This document shows positions 31,739 to 43,290 of a stretch of DNA of 64,000 nt, in pieces. How positions within the stretch are numbered: position 1 is the first letter of the stretch; every line of letters starts with the position of its first letter. Under the pieces are notes generated by a model, which worked only from the letters and a program-made list of their open reading frames with translations, was not told the DNA's origin and made no database searches. A program made the position numbers and the translations under genes. Source of the stretch: Macrostomum lignano (lineage: Eukaryota); contig NIVC01000193.1 in NCBI GenBank assembly GCA_002269645.1, forward strand, positions 53,109 through 117,108, given 5' to 3'.

Positions 31739-34440
31739 ATGCAATACTGCTACAACAAAGGCTGCGATCAGAAGTTCGACCCAACTAAAAACTCGGACAA
31801 CGCTTGCGTATTTCATCCCGGCGCGCCAGTGTTTCACGATGGTGGCAAGAAATGGTCCTGCTGCAACAAGAGCTCGGTAGACTTCACCACCTTCCTGCAG
31901 ATCAAAGGCTGCTCTAAGGGGCCGCATAATCCCGTCAAGCCGCCGCCTCCACCGAAGCCGGAGAGAAGTGCTGAAATCTACAATGAGCCTGTGCTGGTGC
32001 GGAGACCCGCGGAGGCTGCCAGCAATGGAGAGGCTGCCAGTCGGCCGCCAGTTGATGAAGAAAAATTGCCGCTTAATAAACAGGTGAGGATTCTTAGAAT
32101 TAAGTGAGGTTTGGGCTCGGGGAATTTGCTATGAAATCGGCCTCCAAATATTCTTAGAATCATATTTAAATCATTTGTAGAATCGCTCTTAATACATTTT
32201 TAGAATTGCTCGTAAATGTTTCTTAGAAGCATGTTTCACTTATTCTTAGAATCGCTTTTTAAATGATTCTTAGAATCGCCATTAACTTATTCATAGAACC
32301 CATAAATCATCTTTAGAGTCATACTTAAATCATTCTTAGAGTCATACTTAAATCATTCTTAGAATCATACTTAAATCATTCTTAGAATCGCCCTCAACTC
32401 ATTCTTAGAATCGCCCTCAACTCATTCTTAGAATCGCCCTCAACTCATTCTTAGAATCGCCCTCAACTCATTCTTAGAATCGCCCTCAACTCATTCTTAG
32501 AATCGCCCTCAACTCATTCTTAGAATCGCCCTCAACTCATTCTTAGAATCGCCCTCAACTCATTCTTAGAATCGCCCTCAACTCATTCTTAGAATCGCCC
32601 TCAACTCATTCTTAGAATCGCCCTCAACTCATTCTTAGAATCGCCCTCAACTCATTCTTAGAATCGCCCTCAACTCATTCTTAGAATCTCCCTCAACTCA
32701 TTCTTAGAATCTCCCTCAACTCATTCTTAGAATCTCCCTCAACTCATTCTTAGAATCTCCCTCAACTCATTCTTAGAATCGCCCTCAACTCATTGTTAGA
32801 ATCGCCCTCAACTCATTCTTAGAATCGCCCTCAACTCATTCTTAGAATCGCCCTCAACTCATTCTTAGAATCGCCCTCAACTCATTCTTAGAATCGCCCT
32901 CAACTCATTCTTAGAATCGCCCTCAACTCATTCTTAGAATCTCCCTTAACTCATTCTTAGAATCTCCCTCAACTCATTCTTAGAATCGCCCTCAACTCAT
33001 TCTTAGAATCGCCCTCAACTCATTCTTAGAATCGCCCTCAACTCATTCTTAGAATCGCCCTCAACTCATTGTTAGAATCGCCCTCAACTCATTCTTAGAA
33101 TCGCCCTCAACCCATTCTTAGAATCGCCCTCAACTCATTCTTAGAATCGCCCTCAACTCGCTCCTTCTGAAATCCAGGTGGACTCCCGGTTGCTAGCCGA
33201 GCTGGACAAAACAGCCGAGCGTCGCAGGGCCGAAGCCGAGAAGGCCGCCGCCAGCGGTTCCGCCCAGCAACCAGACTCCGCTGCCTCGGCCTCATCCGAC
33301 AACGGCAGCGTTGCCATGGGAACCGGTTGCAAAAACTCGGGCTGCCGGGCCACCTACTCCGGGCCACAGTCGGACAGGCAGGTCTGCTACTACCACCCAG
33401 GCGGCCCCGTGTTCCACGAGGGCATGAAGTACTGGAGCTGCTGCCAGAGGAAGACCACAGAGTTCGATAATTTCATGTCTCAGGAGGGCTGCGAGCAGGG
33501 CAAGCACTGCTGGACTAAACCGAACTCTAAAGGTGACGATAGCAAGGATGGTCCTGCCAGCGTCCATTGCCGCTGCGACCATCATCAGGGCAAGGCCGGT
33601 TACATCACGCTTGATGTGTTTGCAAAGCTGTGTGTCCCAGAGGAATGCGTCATCGAAGCTAATCGGGTCTGCTGCTCTGTCAAGCTGCTGTTTGCAGCTG
33701 GGCAGAGCCGGTTTCAGCGCGACTTTGTGCTCTACGATGTGAGCACTTACTCATTTCATTGTTGTCTAATCTTATATGAGATTCCAGTGTCTAATCTTAT
33801 ACGAGAGTCCAGTGTCTAATCTTATATGAGATTCCAGTGTCTAATCTTATATGAGATTACAGTGTCTAATCCTATATGAGATTCCAGTGTCTAATCTTAT
33901 ATGAGATTCCAGTGTCTAATCTTATATGAGAGTCCAGTGTCTAATCTTATATGAGAGTCCAGTGTCTAATCTTATATGAGATTCCAGTGTCTAATCTTAT
34001 ATGAGAGTCCAGTGTCTAATCTTATATGAGAGTCCAGTGTCTAATCTTATATGAGATTCCAGTGTCTAATCTTATATGAGATTCCAGTGTCTAATCTTAT
34101 ATGAGATTCCAGTGTCTAATCTTATATGAGATTCCAGTGTCTAATCTTATATGAGATTCCAGTGTCTAATCCTATGTGAGATTCCAGTGTCTAATCCTAT
34201 GTGAGATTCCAGGGTCTAATCTTATATAAGATTTCAAGTCATTCACACTTTTCTTATTTGCACGTACATTTTTATGACCTTAACTGACCTTGATTTATTG
34301 TCTTAATAGCCATTCAACCCCCCCCCCTCTCGCAGGTGATTGACCCGTCGCAATCCTGCGTGAATATCCGACCGACCAAGGTGGAAATTCTGCTCAAAAA
34401 AGTCAACGCGGCCAATTGGCCCTCGCTCGAGCTGGTCTGA
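31739..34440 (+). CDS. chordc1: CHORD-CHORD-CS protein (CHORDC1/Morgana/CHP-1), 336 aa, 3 exons
   Basis: Exons 31739-32083, 33178-33738, 34336-34440, all phase 0 GT-AG. Two CHORD domains ([22 protein letters not shown] and [24 protein letters not shown]) plus a CS domain ending [19 protein letters not shown] at ~34512. Confidence 0.93.
32325..33156. repeat. 23-bp minisatellite, CHORDC1 intron 1
   Basis: Unit CTTAGAATCGCCCTCAACTCATT. Confidence 0.97.
33768..34228. repeat. 25-bp minisatellite, CHORDC1 intron 2
   Basis: Unit GATTCCAGTGTCTAATCTTATATGA. Confidence 0.95.
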
Positions 34441-35179
34441 GGGGGGAAGCCTGTTCGATCTGACCTTGACCTTGATTGACCTATAGAAAGTTATTGATTG
34501 ATTGGCGGAATAATAAAGCTATACAGTGCACTTTTGTGTTAAAGAATCAATAGCAATAATCAGCTACCCGCTTGACAACACAAAAAACCAAAATTTAGCA
34601 GTTAAACAGTTTGCCTAGCAACTTTGCATGGTTCCTCTTGCTCTTAGTTAGCTCTATTAATATCGACGTGTATGGGACGACAGCTCTCTAAAATTGAAAT
34701 AAACTGGCTTTTATATTATAAATATTATTATTTATTACTTCAGTGTGTTGCTCTAGACATTGAAATGCCTGTCAGTAGTTTTGTCATTTTCCACATTTTT
34801 CCACATGCTTACAGTCATGTGTGATCTTTAAGACTCAAAGCAGGACTTAACACCCCGTTGAAAACGTTCTCGTGACAAAAATGGTTGAAGAGTCGTTGCA
34901 AACAACTCACTAGTGACTCTTAGCGGCTCTTGTGACTTTTGAACGACTCAAACGACTGCAATGCGACTGAGAGGCGACTGTTGAGTCACGAGAGATGACA
35001 CTTGTCAACATCACACGAGTTGTAGAATCTAATTAAGAGTCGCGAAAAGGCAATAAAGTCAATGTGAAACAATAATGGCAATTTTCATGGGTAATCACAT
35101 CCGAGTTTATGACTCTGTTTTCGAGCTTGTAAATGTGACAGAATGGTTTTCAACGGTGTAAAGTTTGGTGCCTGTGAAA

Positions 35180-36140
35180 TTTCGAACTTGTGAAGATTCG
35201 AGTTTGTGAAGATCCAATCTTATGAAGCTTCGAGTTTGTGAAGATCCAATCTTATGAAGCTTCGAGCTTGTGAAGATCCAATCTTATGAAGCTTCGAGCT
35301 TGTGAAGATCCAATCTTATGAAGCTTCGAGCTTGTGAAGATCCAATCTTATGAAGCTTCGAGCTTGTGAAGATTCGATCTTGTGAAGCTTCGAGCTTGTG
35401 AAACTTCGATCTTATGAAGCTTCGATCTTGTGAAGATTCGATCTTGTGAAGCTTCGAGCTTGTGAAACTTCGATCTTATGAAGCTTCGATCTTGTGAAGA
35501 TTCGATCTTGTGAAGCTTCGAGCTTTTGAAGATTCGATCTTGTGAAGCTTCGAGCTTTTGAAGCTTCGATCTTGTGAAGCTTCGAGCTTTTGAAGATTCG
35601 ATCTTGTGAAGCTTCGAGCTTTTGAAGATTCGATCTTGTGAAGCTTCGAGCTTTTGAAGATTCGATCTTGTGAAGCTTCGAGCTTTTGAAGATTCGATCT
35701 TGTGAAGCTTCGAGCTTGTGAAGATTCGATCTTGTGAAGCTTCGAGCTTGTGAAGATTAGAGCTTGTGAAGCTTCGAGCTTTTGAAGATTCGATCTTGTG
35801 AAGCTTCGAGCTTTTGAAGATTCGATCTTGTGAAGCTTCGAGCTTGTGAAGATTCGAGCTTGTGAAGATTCGATCTTGTGAAGCTTCGAGCTTGTGAAGC
35901 TTCGAGCTTGTGAAGATTCGATCTTGTGAAGCTTCGAGCTTTTGAAGCTTCGATCTTGTGAAGCTTCGAGCTTTTGAAGATTCGATCTTGTGAAGCTTCG
36001 AGCTTGTGAAGATTCGATCTTGTGAAGCTTCGAGCTTTTGAAGATTCGATCTTGTGAAGCTTCGAGCTTGTGAAGATTCGATCTTGTGAAGCTTCGAGCT
36101 TTTGAAGATTCGATCTTGTGAAGCTTCGAGCTTTGGAAGA
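35180..36140. repeat. 16/32-bp minisatellite (TGTGAAGCTTCGAGCT / TGTGAAGATTCGATCT)
   Basis: Alternating 16-bp variants in tandem. Confidence 0.95.
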
Positions 36141-36608
36141 TTCGTGATTATGAAATTTGAGCTTATAAAGTTAGTCTCTTAATCGACTATATAAGTTTAG
36201 GAGCTTGTGAAAGCGGCAGAGGAGAGTAAACATGCAGAGACGAGGGCAGATGAATTAACTAATGAAATGACTAATAATAAAGTCGAGTCTTAAAATGATC
36301 CATGCAACTAGAAATATTTGTGCAAACAAATGCCTTCAAAGTACACAGTGTACTCGTATTTTTACTTCTTGGACTGCAAAATTGCCAGAGAAAGTCTACA
36401 AAACTGCTACTCGTAGTTAGTTTAAATTGTTTTAAAATCTGTCGAGCTAGTATTGTCTCTGGCCAATCCTCATTTAAATAGTCGCTTCTCTGATCTTCAA
36501 GGTTCCGCTCTAGACGCACATGTTTAGTTATTTATGCTGATTAGAAATCGATGTTGATTTGAAAGCAACTGAAATTGCTACATCCGTACATATTTGTAAA
36601 GTCGCGGG

Positions 36609-39600
36609 ATGGTTCGCGACCGCAGCTGGATCGAACTCCTGGGCGCCAAGGCCATCAGACGGAAGAGTCTGACAGAGGCGCAGTCTCTGGACACTCCGCT
36701 CAACCGGTGCCTGTCTGTGTGGCATCTGACCTTCTTCGGGGTGGCGCACATGGCTGGTGCCGGGATTTATGTTTTGTCCGGGACAGTCATCAAGGAGTAC
36801 GCTGGTGAGTGGCGCGCCTGAACGTGCGCATGTTGTGTACTTTTAAGCGCCGTTTCATCATCACCGGTATTTTGGCGCCATTTTTATCATCACCGGTATT
36901 TTTAACGCCATTTTTTATTATCACCGATATTATGGCGCCGTTTTTATCGTCACCGGTATTTGGCTCCGTTTTTATCATCACCGGTATTTTGGCGCCGTTT
37001 TTATCACCACCGGTAATTTGGCGTCATTTTTAATTATCACCGGTATTGGCGCCGTTTTTATTATCACCTGTATTTTAGCGCCGTTTTTTATCATTACCTG
37101 TATTTTGGCGCCGTTTTTTATCGTCACCTGTATTTTGGCGCCGTTTCTATCATCACCGGTATTTTGGCGCCGTTTTTATCAAACCGGTATTTTGGCGCCG
37201 TTTTTATCACCACCGGTAATTTGGCGCCATTTTTTATTATCACCAGTATTGGCACCGTTTTTTATCATCACCGGTATTTTGGCGCCGTTTTTTATCATCA
37301 CCGGTATTTTGGCGCCGTTTCTATCATCACCGGTATTTTGGCGCCGTTTTTATCACCACCGGTATTTTGGGGCCATTTTATCATCACCGGTATTTCGCGC
37401 CAGATGATGCCCGATTTCACACTCCAATATGCTATTATTCAGGCCCAGCCGCCAGCCTCAGCTTCACTCTGTGCGCCATCGCCTCGCTCTTCACCGGCAT
37501 GTGCTACGTTGAGTTCGCCAGTCTGGTGCCCAAAGCGGGCAGCTCCTACACCTACACCTACTGTGTTCTGGGAGAGCTGCCCGCCTTTATTGTTGGCTGG
37601 ACTATGCTGCTGGACTATATTCTCAGCATGGCAACTGTTGCTAAGGTACCATTAGTGCTTGCATAGTTGCATGAAATGAAAAAATTGCTGTATAATCCTG
37701 ACAATTACCCAAACCTGACCCGAACCTAGCTAAAACCTAATAGCATAATATTGATTACACCTGCCTCAATTGGGAAGATGGGCAACCGACAGCTCAGCCG
37801 CAGCTATTGCGCGGCGCATCTGAAGGCTGCGTACGGCTGTTCAGTCCAAAGATTGGGGGGGGGGGGTCGCCCCACACTCTCAATTGCCCCAAGCACCCAT
37901 TTTACAGCTGGGTGAACTGAAGCAATGCAGAGTTAAACGTCTAGCTCAAGGACACAAATTGTTCCGAGTGGGATCGGGAATCGAACACCTGACCTTTCAG
38001 TTTTACCACTATCGAGGAGAAAATCGCAATATTCGCTCCGCCTGGGTGACGGCCAGTGACCAACGAAGTCAGAGCTGATGCAGACACATATGGTCGATGT
38101 GCTGATGAAATTTGGAGGCTTGGCAAGGCCGCACTGAGGCGCAGTGCTGATTGCCGCACAGGAGTTTACATGGTAAAAGGCCGACCCTCTGGCAGAATTT
38201 CTGAATATCTCGACTGTCTGTCCCTCGGCTGTCTACTTGATTCTTGTTTGCGTAGGTGCCCAACAAAAAGTTCTTGTATTTGGTTCCGGCGCAGCAATAA
38301 AATGTCAAGGGGATTCTTCCTTGGTCTTATAGGGGCTTGTAGCCTAGTGGGTTAGAGCGTCAGACTCAACTTAAAGGTCGGGGGTTCGATTCCCGATCCC
38401 ACTGGAACAATTTGTGTCCTTGAGCAAGACGCTTAACTCTGCATTGCTTCAGTTCACCCAGCTGTAAAATGGGTGCCAGCATTAGCTGGGGTAATTGAGG
38501 CTGTGTGTAGCGACCCCCAGAGACGTCCTTGGACTGAACAGCCGTACGCAGCCTTCAGATGCGCCGCGCAATAGCTGCGGCTGAGCTGTCGGTTGCACAT
38601 CTGGCCGAAAAATTTAACGCACAGTTTCACAAGCCATCCGACAGGCATTCAGCGGCACAGTGGACTCTCTGAGCAAGCAGAAGATCAGCAACTTCGTGTC
38701 TGCAAATCTTGGCACTCTGCCAAAAGCTTGGTCAATCTTTGACGAGACCTGGGACCTGCTGGCTGTGGGCTTGATCCTAGTCTTGGCCCTGCTGCTCATC
38801 GGCGGAGCAAAGTTCTCAATGTCGGTTAACGCTGGACTGAGCACTGCTCAGCTGCTGTGCCTGCTCACCGCCACAGTTGCCTGCTTCGTCTACGGCTCCC
38901 TTGACAACTGGACTGCCGGCAGCGGCTTCTTCCCCTTCGGCGGCGTCGGCGTGGTGGAAGGCGCCAGCATCGCCATGTTCGCTTTCTCGGGCTTCGAGAG
39001 CGTCGGCTCGGCAGCGGAGGAGTGTAGCAACCCGAAGCGGGACCTGCCCAGGGCTCTGCTAGCGAGCCTGTCGGCTGTCAGTGTGGTGTACGTCGTGGCC
39101 TGCCTGGGCCTGTCATTCCTTCAGCCCTACTGGAAGCTCAACGTTGCTGCACCATTTGTGGTGGCTTTCTCCGGACATCCGGGAGCCAAATGGGCGGAGG
39201 TCACCGCCGCGGTTGGCACTCTGTTGGCCACGGGCGCGACCAAAGTTACCGGGCTGTTCGTGGTGCCGCGGCTCATGTACGCCCTGGCATCTGACGGGGT
39301 CATCTTTGGTGCCTTTGCCAACGTTAATGAGAGAGTGCAGGTGCGCGAGATGGAAAGGCTGGAGTGACGGGCAGATAGTGGTTGAAGTCTGAAGCTATAA
39401 GATAGAGATTCGGTGGATAAACAGACTGATAAGGTAGAGATTCGGTGGACAAACAGCCTGACAAGGTAGAGATTTGGTGGACAAACAGCCTAATAAGGTA
39501 GAGATTCGGTGGACAAACAGCCTGACAAGGTAGAGATTTGGTGGACAAACAGACTGATAAGGTAGAGATTCGGTGGACAAACGGCTTGATAAGGTAGAGA

Positions 39601-42319
39601 TTCGGTGGACAAACAGCCTGATAAGGTAGAGATTCGGTGGACAAACAGCCTGATAAGGTAGAGATTCGGTGGACAAACGGCCTGATAAGGTAGAGATTCG
39701 GTGGACAAACAGACTGATAAGGTAGAGATTCGGTGGACAAACGGCCTGATAAGGTAGAGATTCGGTGGACAAACAGCCTGATAAGGTAGAGATTCGGTGG
39801 ACAAACAGCCTGATAAGGTAGAGATTCGGTGGACAAACAGCCTGATAAGGTAGAGATTCGGTGGACAAACAGCCTGATAAGGTAGAGATTCGGTGGACAA
39901 ACAGCCTGATAAGGTAGAGATTCGGTGGACAAACGGCCTGATAAGGTAGAGATTCGGTGGACAAACGGCCTGATAAGGTAGAGATTCGGTGGACAAACAG
40001 CCTGATAAGGTAGAGATTCGGTGGACAAACAGCCTGATAAGGTAGAGATTCGGTGGACAAACAGCCTGATAAGGTAGAGATTCGGTGGACAAACAGGCTG
40101 ATAAGGTAGAGATTCGGTGGACAAACAGCCTGATAAGGTAGAGATTCGGTGGACAAACAGCCTGATAAGGTAGAGATTCGGTGGACAAACAGCCTGATAA
40201 GGTAGAGATTCGGTGGACAAACAGGCTGATAAGGTAGAGATTCGGTGGACAAACAGACTGATAAGGTAGAGATTCGGTGGACAAACAGGCTGATAAGGTA
40301 GAGATTCGGTGGACAAACAGACTGATAAGGTAGAGATTCGGTGGACAAACAGACTGCCAGGCAGAGGTCAGTGGAATGACTCAAAAAAGCCAGCAGTGCA
40401 GTGAATTGCCAACTCTCCCTCACGCAGGTGCCTCTGCTCGGCTTAGCCTTTGGCGCAGTCGTATCGAGTGTACTGGCCCTGCTGTTCAGACTCAACTTCC
40501 TAGCCGAGATGGTCAGCATGGGCACCCTGGTGTCGTACTGCTTCATCGGGGTCGACCTGTTCGTGCTGCGCTACTTGCACTTTGCAGAGCTGCCTGGCGA
40601 CTCGCCGGTTCAACTGAGAGCCTGGGCTGCCAACGGAATTCTGGCTCGATGCGTTCCAGGACTCGCCAGGGTTCGGTGGCTTCGCAGACTGTTTTTAGCG
40701 TTCCTGCTGGGTTGCGTCTGGCTGGCCACCACCCTGTCAGTCATTATCAAAGGCACTCAGCTCTGGCGCTGGGCCTTTCTTGCACCGCCAGGACTCGCCC
40801 TGATCTTCTCTGGAGCCCTGCTGACTGCCTTCAAGCCGTACGACGTGCCTGGAATGTACATGTCGCCTGGCCTGCCGCTGGCGCCTCTGTTGGCAGTTCT
40901 GATCAATGTCCTGCTGCTGTCCAGGCTGTCAATCAGATCCTGGATTCGGTTCTTCTGCTGGCTTTTCCTTGGTTTGCGACTGGTTTTGCTTCTAGGGGCA
41001 TTTGAAATTTTGCTCTACTGAGTCTGGTTCCATCCTTACTGTGTCTGGTCTCGTCCTTACTGTGTCTGGTCTCATACTTACTGTGTCTGGTCTCATCCTT
41101 ACTGTGTCTGGTCTCGTCCTTACTGTGTCTGGTCTCATCCTTACTGTGTCTGGTCTCGTCCTTACTGTGTCTGGTCTCATCCTTACTGTGTCTGGTCTCG
41201 TCCTTACTGTGTCTGGTCTCATCCTTACTGTGTCTGGTCTCGTCCTTACTGTGTCTGGTCTCATCCTTACTGTGTCTGGTCTCGTCCTTACTGTGTCTGG
41301 TCTCATCCTTACTGTGTCTGGTCTCGTCCTTACTGTGTCTGGTCTCGTCCTTACTGTGTCTGGTTCCATCCTTACTGTGTCTGGTTCCATCCTTACTGTG
41401 TCTGGTATCGTCCTTACTGTGTCTGGTCTCGTCCTTACTGTGTCTGGTCTCATACTTACTGTGTCTGGTCTCATCCTTACTGTGTCTGGTCTCATCCCAC
41501 TGCCCCACTTGTCACTCCCACTGCCCCAATTGTCACTCCCACTGCCCCAATTGTCACTCCCTCAGCCCCAATTGTCACTCCCACTGCCCCGATTGTCACT
41601 CCCACTGCCCCAATTGTCACTCCCTCAGCCCCAATTGTCACTCTCACTGCCCCACTTTTCACTCCCACTGCCCTAATTGTCACTCCCACTGCCCCAATTG
41701 TCACTCCCTCAGCCCCAATTGTCACTCTCACTGCCCCACTTTTCACTCCCACTGCCCTAATTGTCACTCCCACTGCCCCAATTGTCACTCCCACTGCCCC
41801 ACTTGTCACTCCCACTGCCCCAATTGTCACTCCCTCAGCCCCAATTGTCACTCCCTTAACCCCAATTGTCACTCCCACTGCCCCACTTGTCACTCCCACT
41901 ACCCCAATTGTCACTCCCACTGCCCCAATTATCACTCCCACTGCCCAAATTGTCACTCCCACTGCCCCAATTGTCACTCCCACTGCCCCAATTATCACTC
42001 CCACTGCCCCAATTGTCACTCCCTCAACCCCAATTGTCACTCCCACTGCCCCAATTGTCACTCCCACTGCAGTCCAAAGTCACTCTTGTGCAATTCGCTC
42101 CTCACCATCGCCGCAGGCCTGCTGATGTACATTCTCTACGGCGTGAAGCACAGCAAGGCCAAGTCCGTGGACGACTATCCGGACAGCAACCAGGATAAAG
42201 CAGTCAAAGACTCAAGGCCTGACGTCACTGGTGACCAACTGGCAGACACACCAGCCGCTGACAAGGACAAAACTACTTCTGAACCAGAGAATGAAGAGAA
42301 AAAGGAATCTGAAACTTGA
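36609..42319 (+). CDS. Cationic amino acid transporter (SLC7A1-4/CAT family), ~613 aa, 5 exons
   Basis: Exons 36609-36804, 37443-37645, 38645-39340, 40428-40971, 42117-42319; phases consistent, 1842 nt. Motifs LNRCL..GAGIYVL..YAGPA, CYVEFASLVPKAGSSYTY, FAFSGFE..AEEC.NPKR, PRLMYALASDG, MVSMGTLVSY, YILYGVKHS. Confidence 0.92.
36855..37395. repeat. ~29-30-bp minisatellite, CAT intron 1
   Basis: Unit approximately ATCATCACCGGTATTTTGGCGCCGTTTTT. Confidence 0.9.
37776..38002 (-). mobile_element. 5'-truncated copy of the tRNA-derived CORE-like SINE
   Basis: Reverse complement of 38367-38602 with scattered substitutions; retains the B box. Confidence 0.75.
38332..38602 (+). mobile_element. tRNA-derived SINE with a CORE(MIR)-like central domain
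   Basis: A box TAGCCTAGTGG at 38340-38350 and B box GTTCGATTCC at 38384-38393, followed by TGTGTCCTTGAGCAAGACGCTTAACTCT..CAGTTCACCCAGCTGTAAAATGGG, which resembles the CORE-SINE domain. Confidence 0.75.
39400..40355. repeat. 32-bp minisatellite, CAT intron 3
   Basis: Unit GATAAGGTAGAGATTCGGTGGACAAACAGCCT. Confidence 0.97.
41030..41493. repeat. 21-bp minisatellite A, CAT intron 4
   Basis: Unit CTTACTGTGTCTGGTCTCATC. Confidence 0.95.
41495..42070. repeat. 21-bp minisatellite B, CAT intron 4
   Basis: Unit CCCAATTGTCACTCCCACTGC. Confidence 0.95.
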
Positions 42320-42780
42320 AAAATAGTTATATATTGTCAGTCAAAATTAGTTGATCTCGCCAGAACCAGAAACATATAAGGAGCATGTAAATTATCAAGA
42401 CTGTGCTTACGTACTCTACGAGCTACAGGGTGTGCTTTCGATGACAGATGTCACAGATCGTTTAATAAAATAAACCAGCAGATATGCTTTTCAGTAGTGA
42501 AGCACGACAGTGCCAATTATTTTAGAGTGAAATTATTAATATTCAACAGTATAGTTACAGGGCTGTGTTGAGGTCAAGGATGTGGGCAAAAACAATCGGA
42601 TAGGGTACCATGAACATCTGCAGTAGAAGGCACAGAATATGGTAGAAGGGCAGGAAAATTCGGAGTTTTCTAGCCCAATTCGTATATGGAAAAACTCTAT
42701 TTAGCGCTGTGCATGCGTACATAAGAGCATACATAAGAAAATCCAGGGGAGTCTTCTACGGCAGCTGTCCATGACAGATG

Positions 42781-42783
<3 letters not shown>

Positions 42784-42876
<93 letters not shown>

Positions 42877-42886
42877 TAGACAGACA
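42784..42886. repeat. (GACA)n tract, left part (interrupted by the copia element)
   Basis: Direct reading. Confidence 0.95.
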
Positions 42887-43174
42887 TGTTGTTTATAGTA
42901 TATAGCTCGTACTTTTAGTACTTTATATAGTAATTGTCAGATACATAATATTGATTAATATTGTTAATGCAAATAGCTGTGCGTATCCCTTTCTAGAAAG
43001 TTCAATAAATATCCAATACAGTATCGTACCGATATATCTATGGTTGTTAGTTCATATCGCAAATACGCTTATACTTTAAGTGCCCCCCCCCAAACTGCTC
43101 AATTTTTCATCTTGTGTATTTCTTTTTGTTCAAACTGATAAAATACACTTAATTAAAAGAAGCAAGTTTCAACA
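42887..43174 (+). repeat. 5' LTR (288 bp)
   Basis: TG..CA termini; matches 47380-47664. Confidence 0.95.
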
Positions 43175-43188
43175 GGTTATGGGCCCAG
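43175..43188 (+). other. Primer binding site, copia-type (initiator tRNA-Met half-molecule)
   Basis: GGTTATGGGCCCAG immediately after the 5' LTR, as in Drosophila copia. Confidence 0.85.
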
Positions 43189-43290
43189 CACGCTTCCACT
43201 GCGAGTACTTCGATGTACTAGATCATTCTGGTAATCTGGTTCTTCGTGCCATTTGGAAACTTGATCGCTCGGTCGATCAGTTACGTTGCT

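Noticed and set aside
38332-38400. tRNA gene
   Set aside because: It has A and B boxes but no complete cloverleaf, continues into a SINE body, and has an inverted sister copy.
28470-42319. Kinase-CHORDC1-CAT as a trans-spliced operon
   Set aside because: They share orientation, but CHORDC1 and CAT each have their own AATAAA and the gaps are 1.7-2.2 kb. This cannot be supported without SL-read data.
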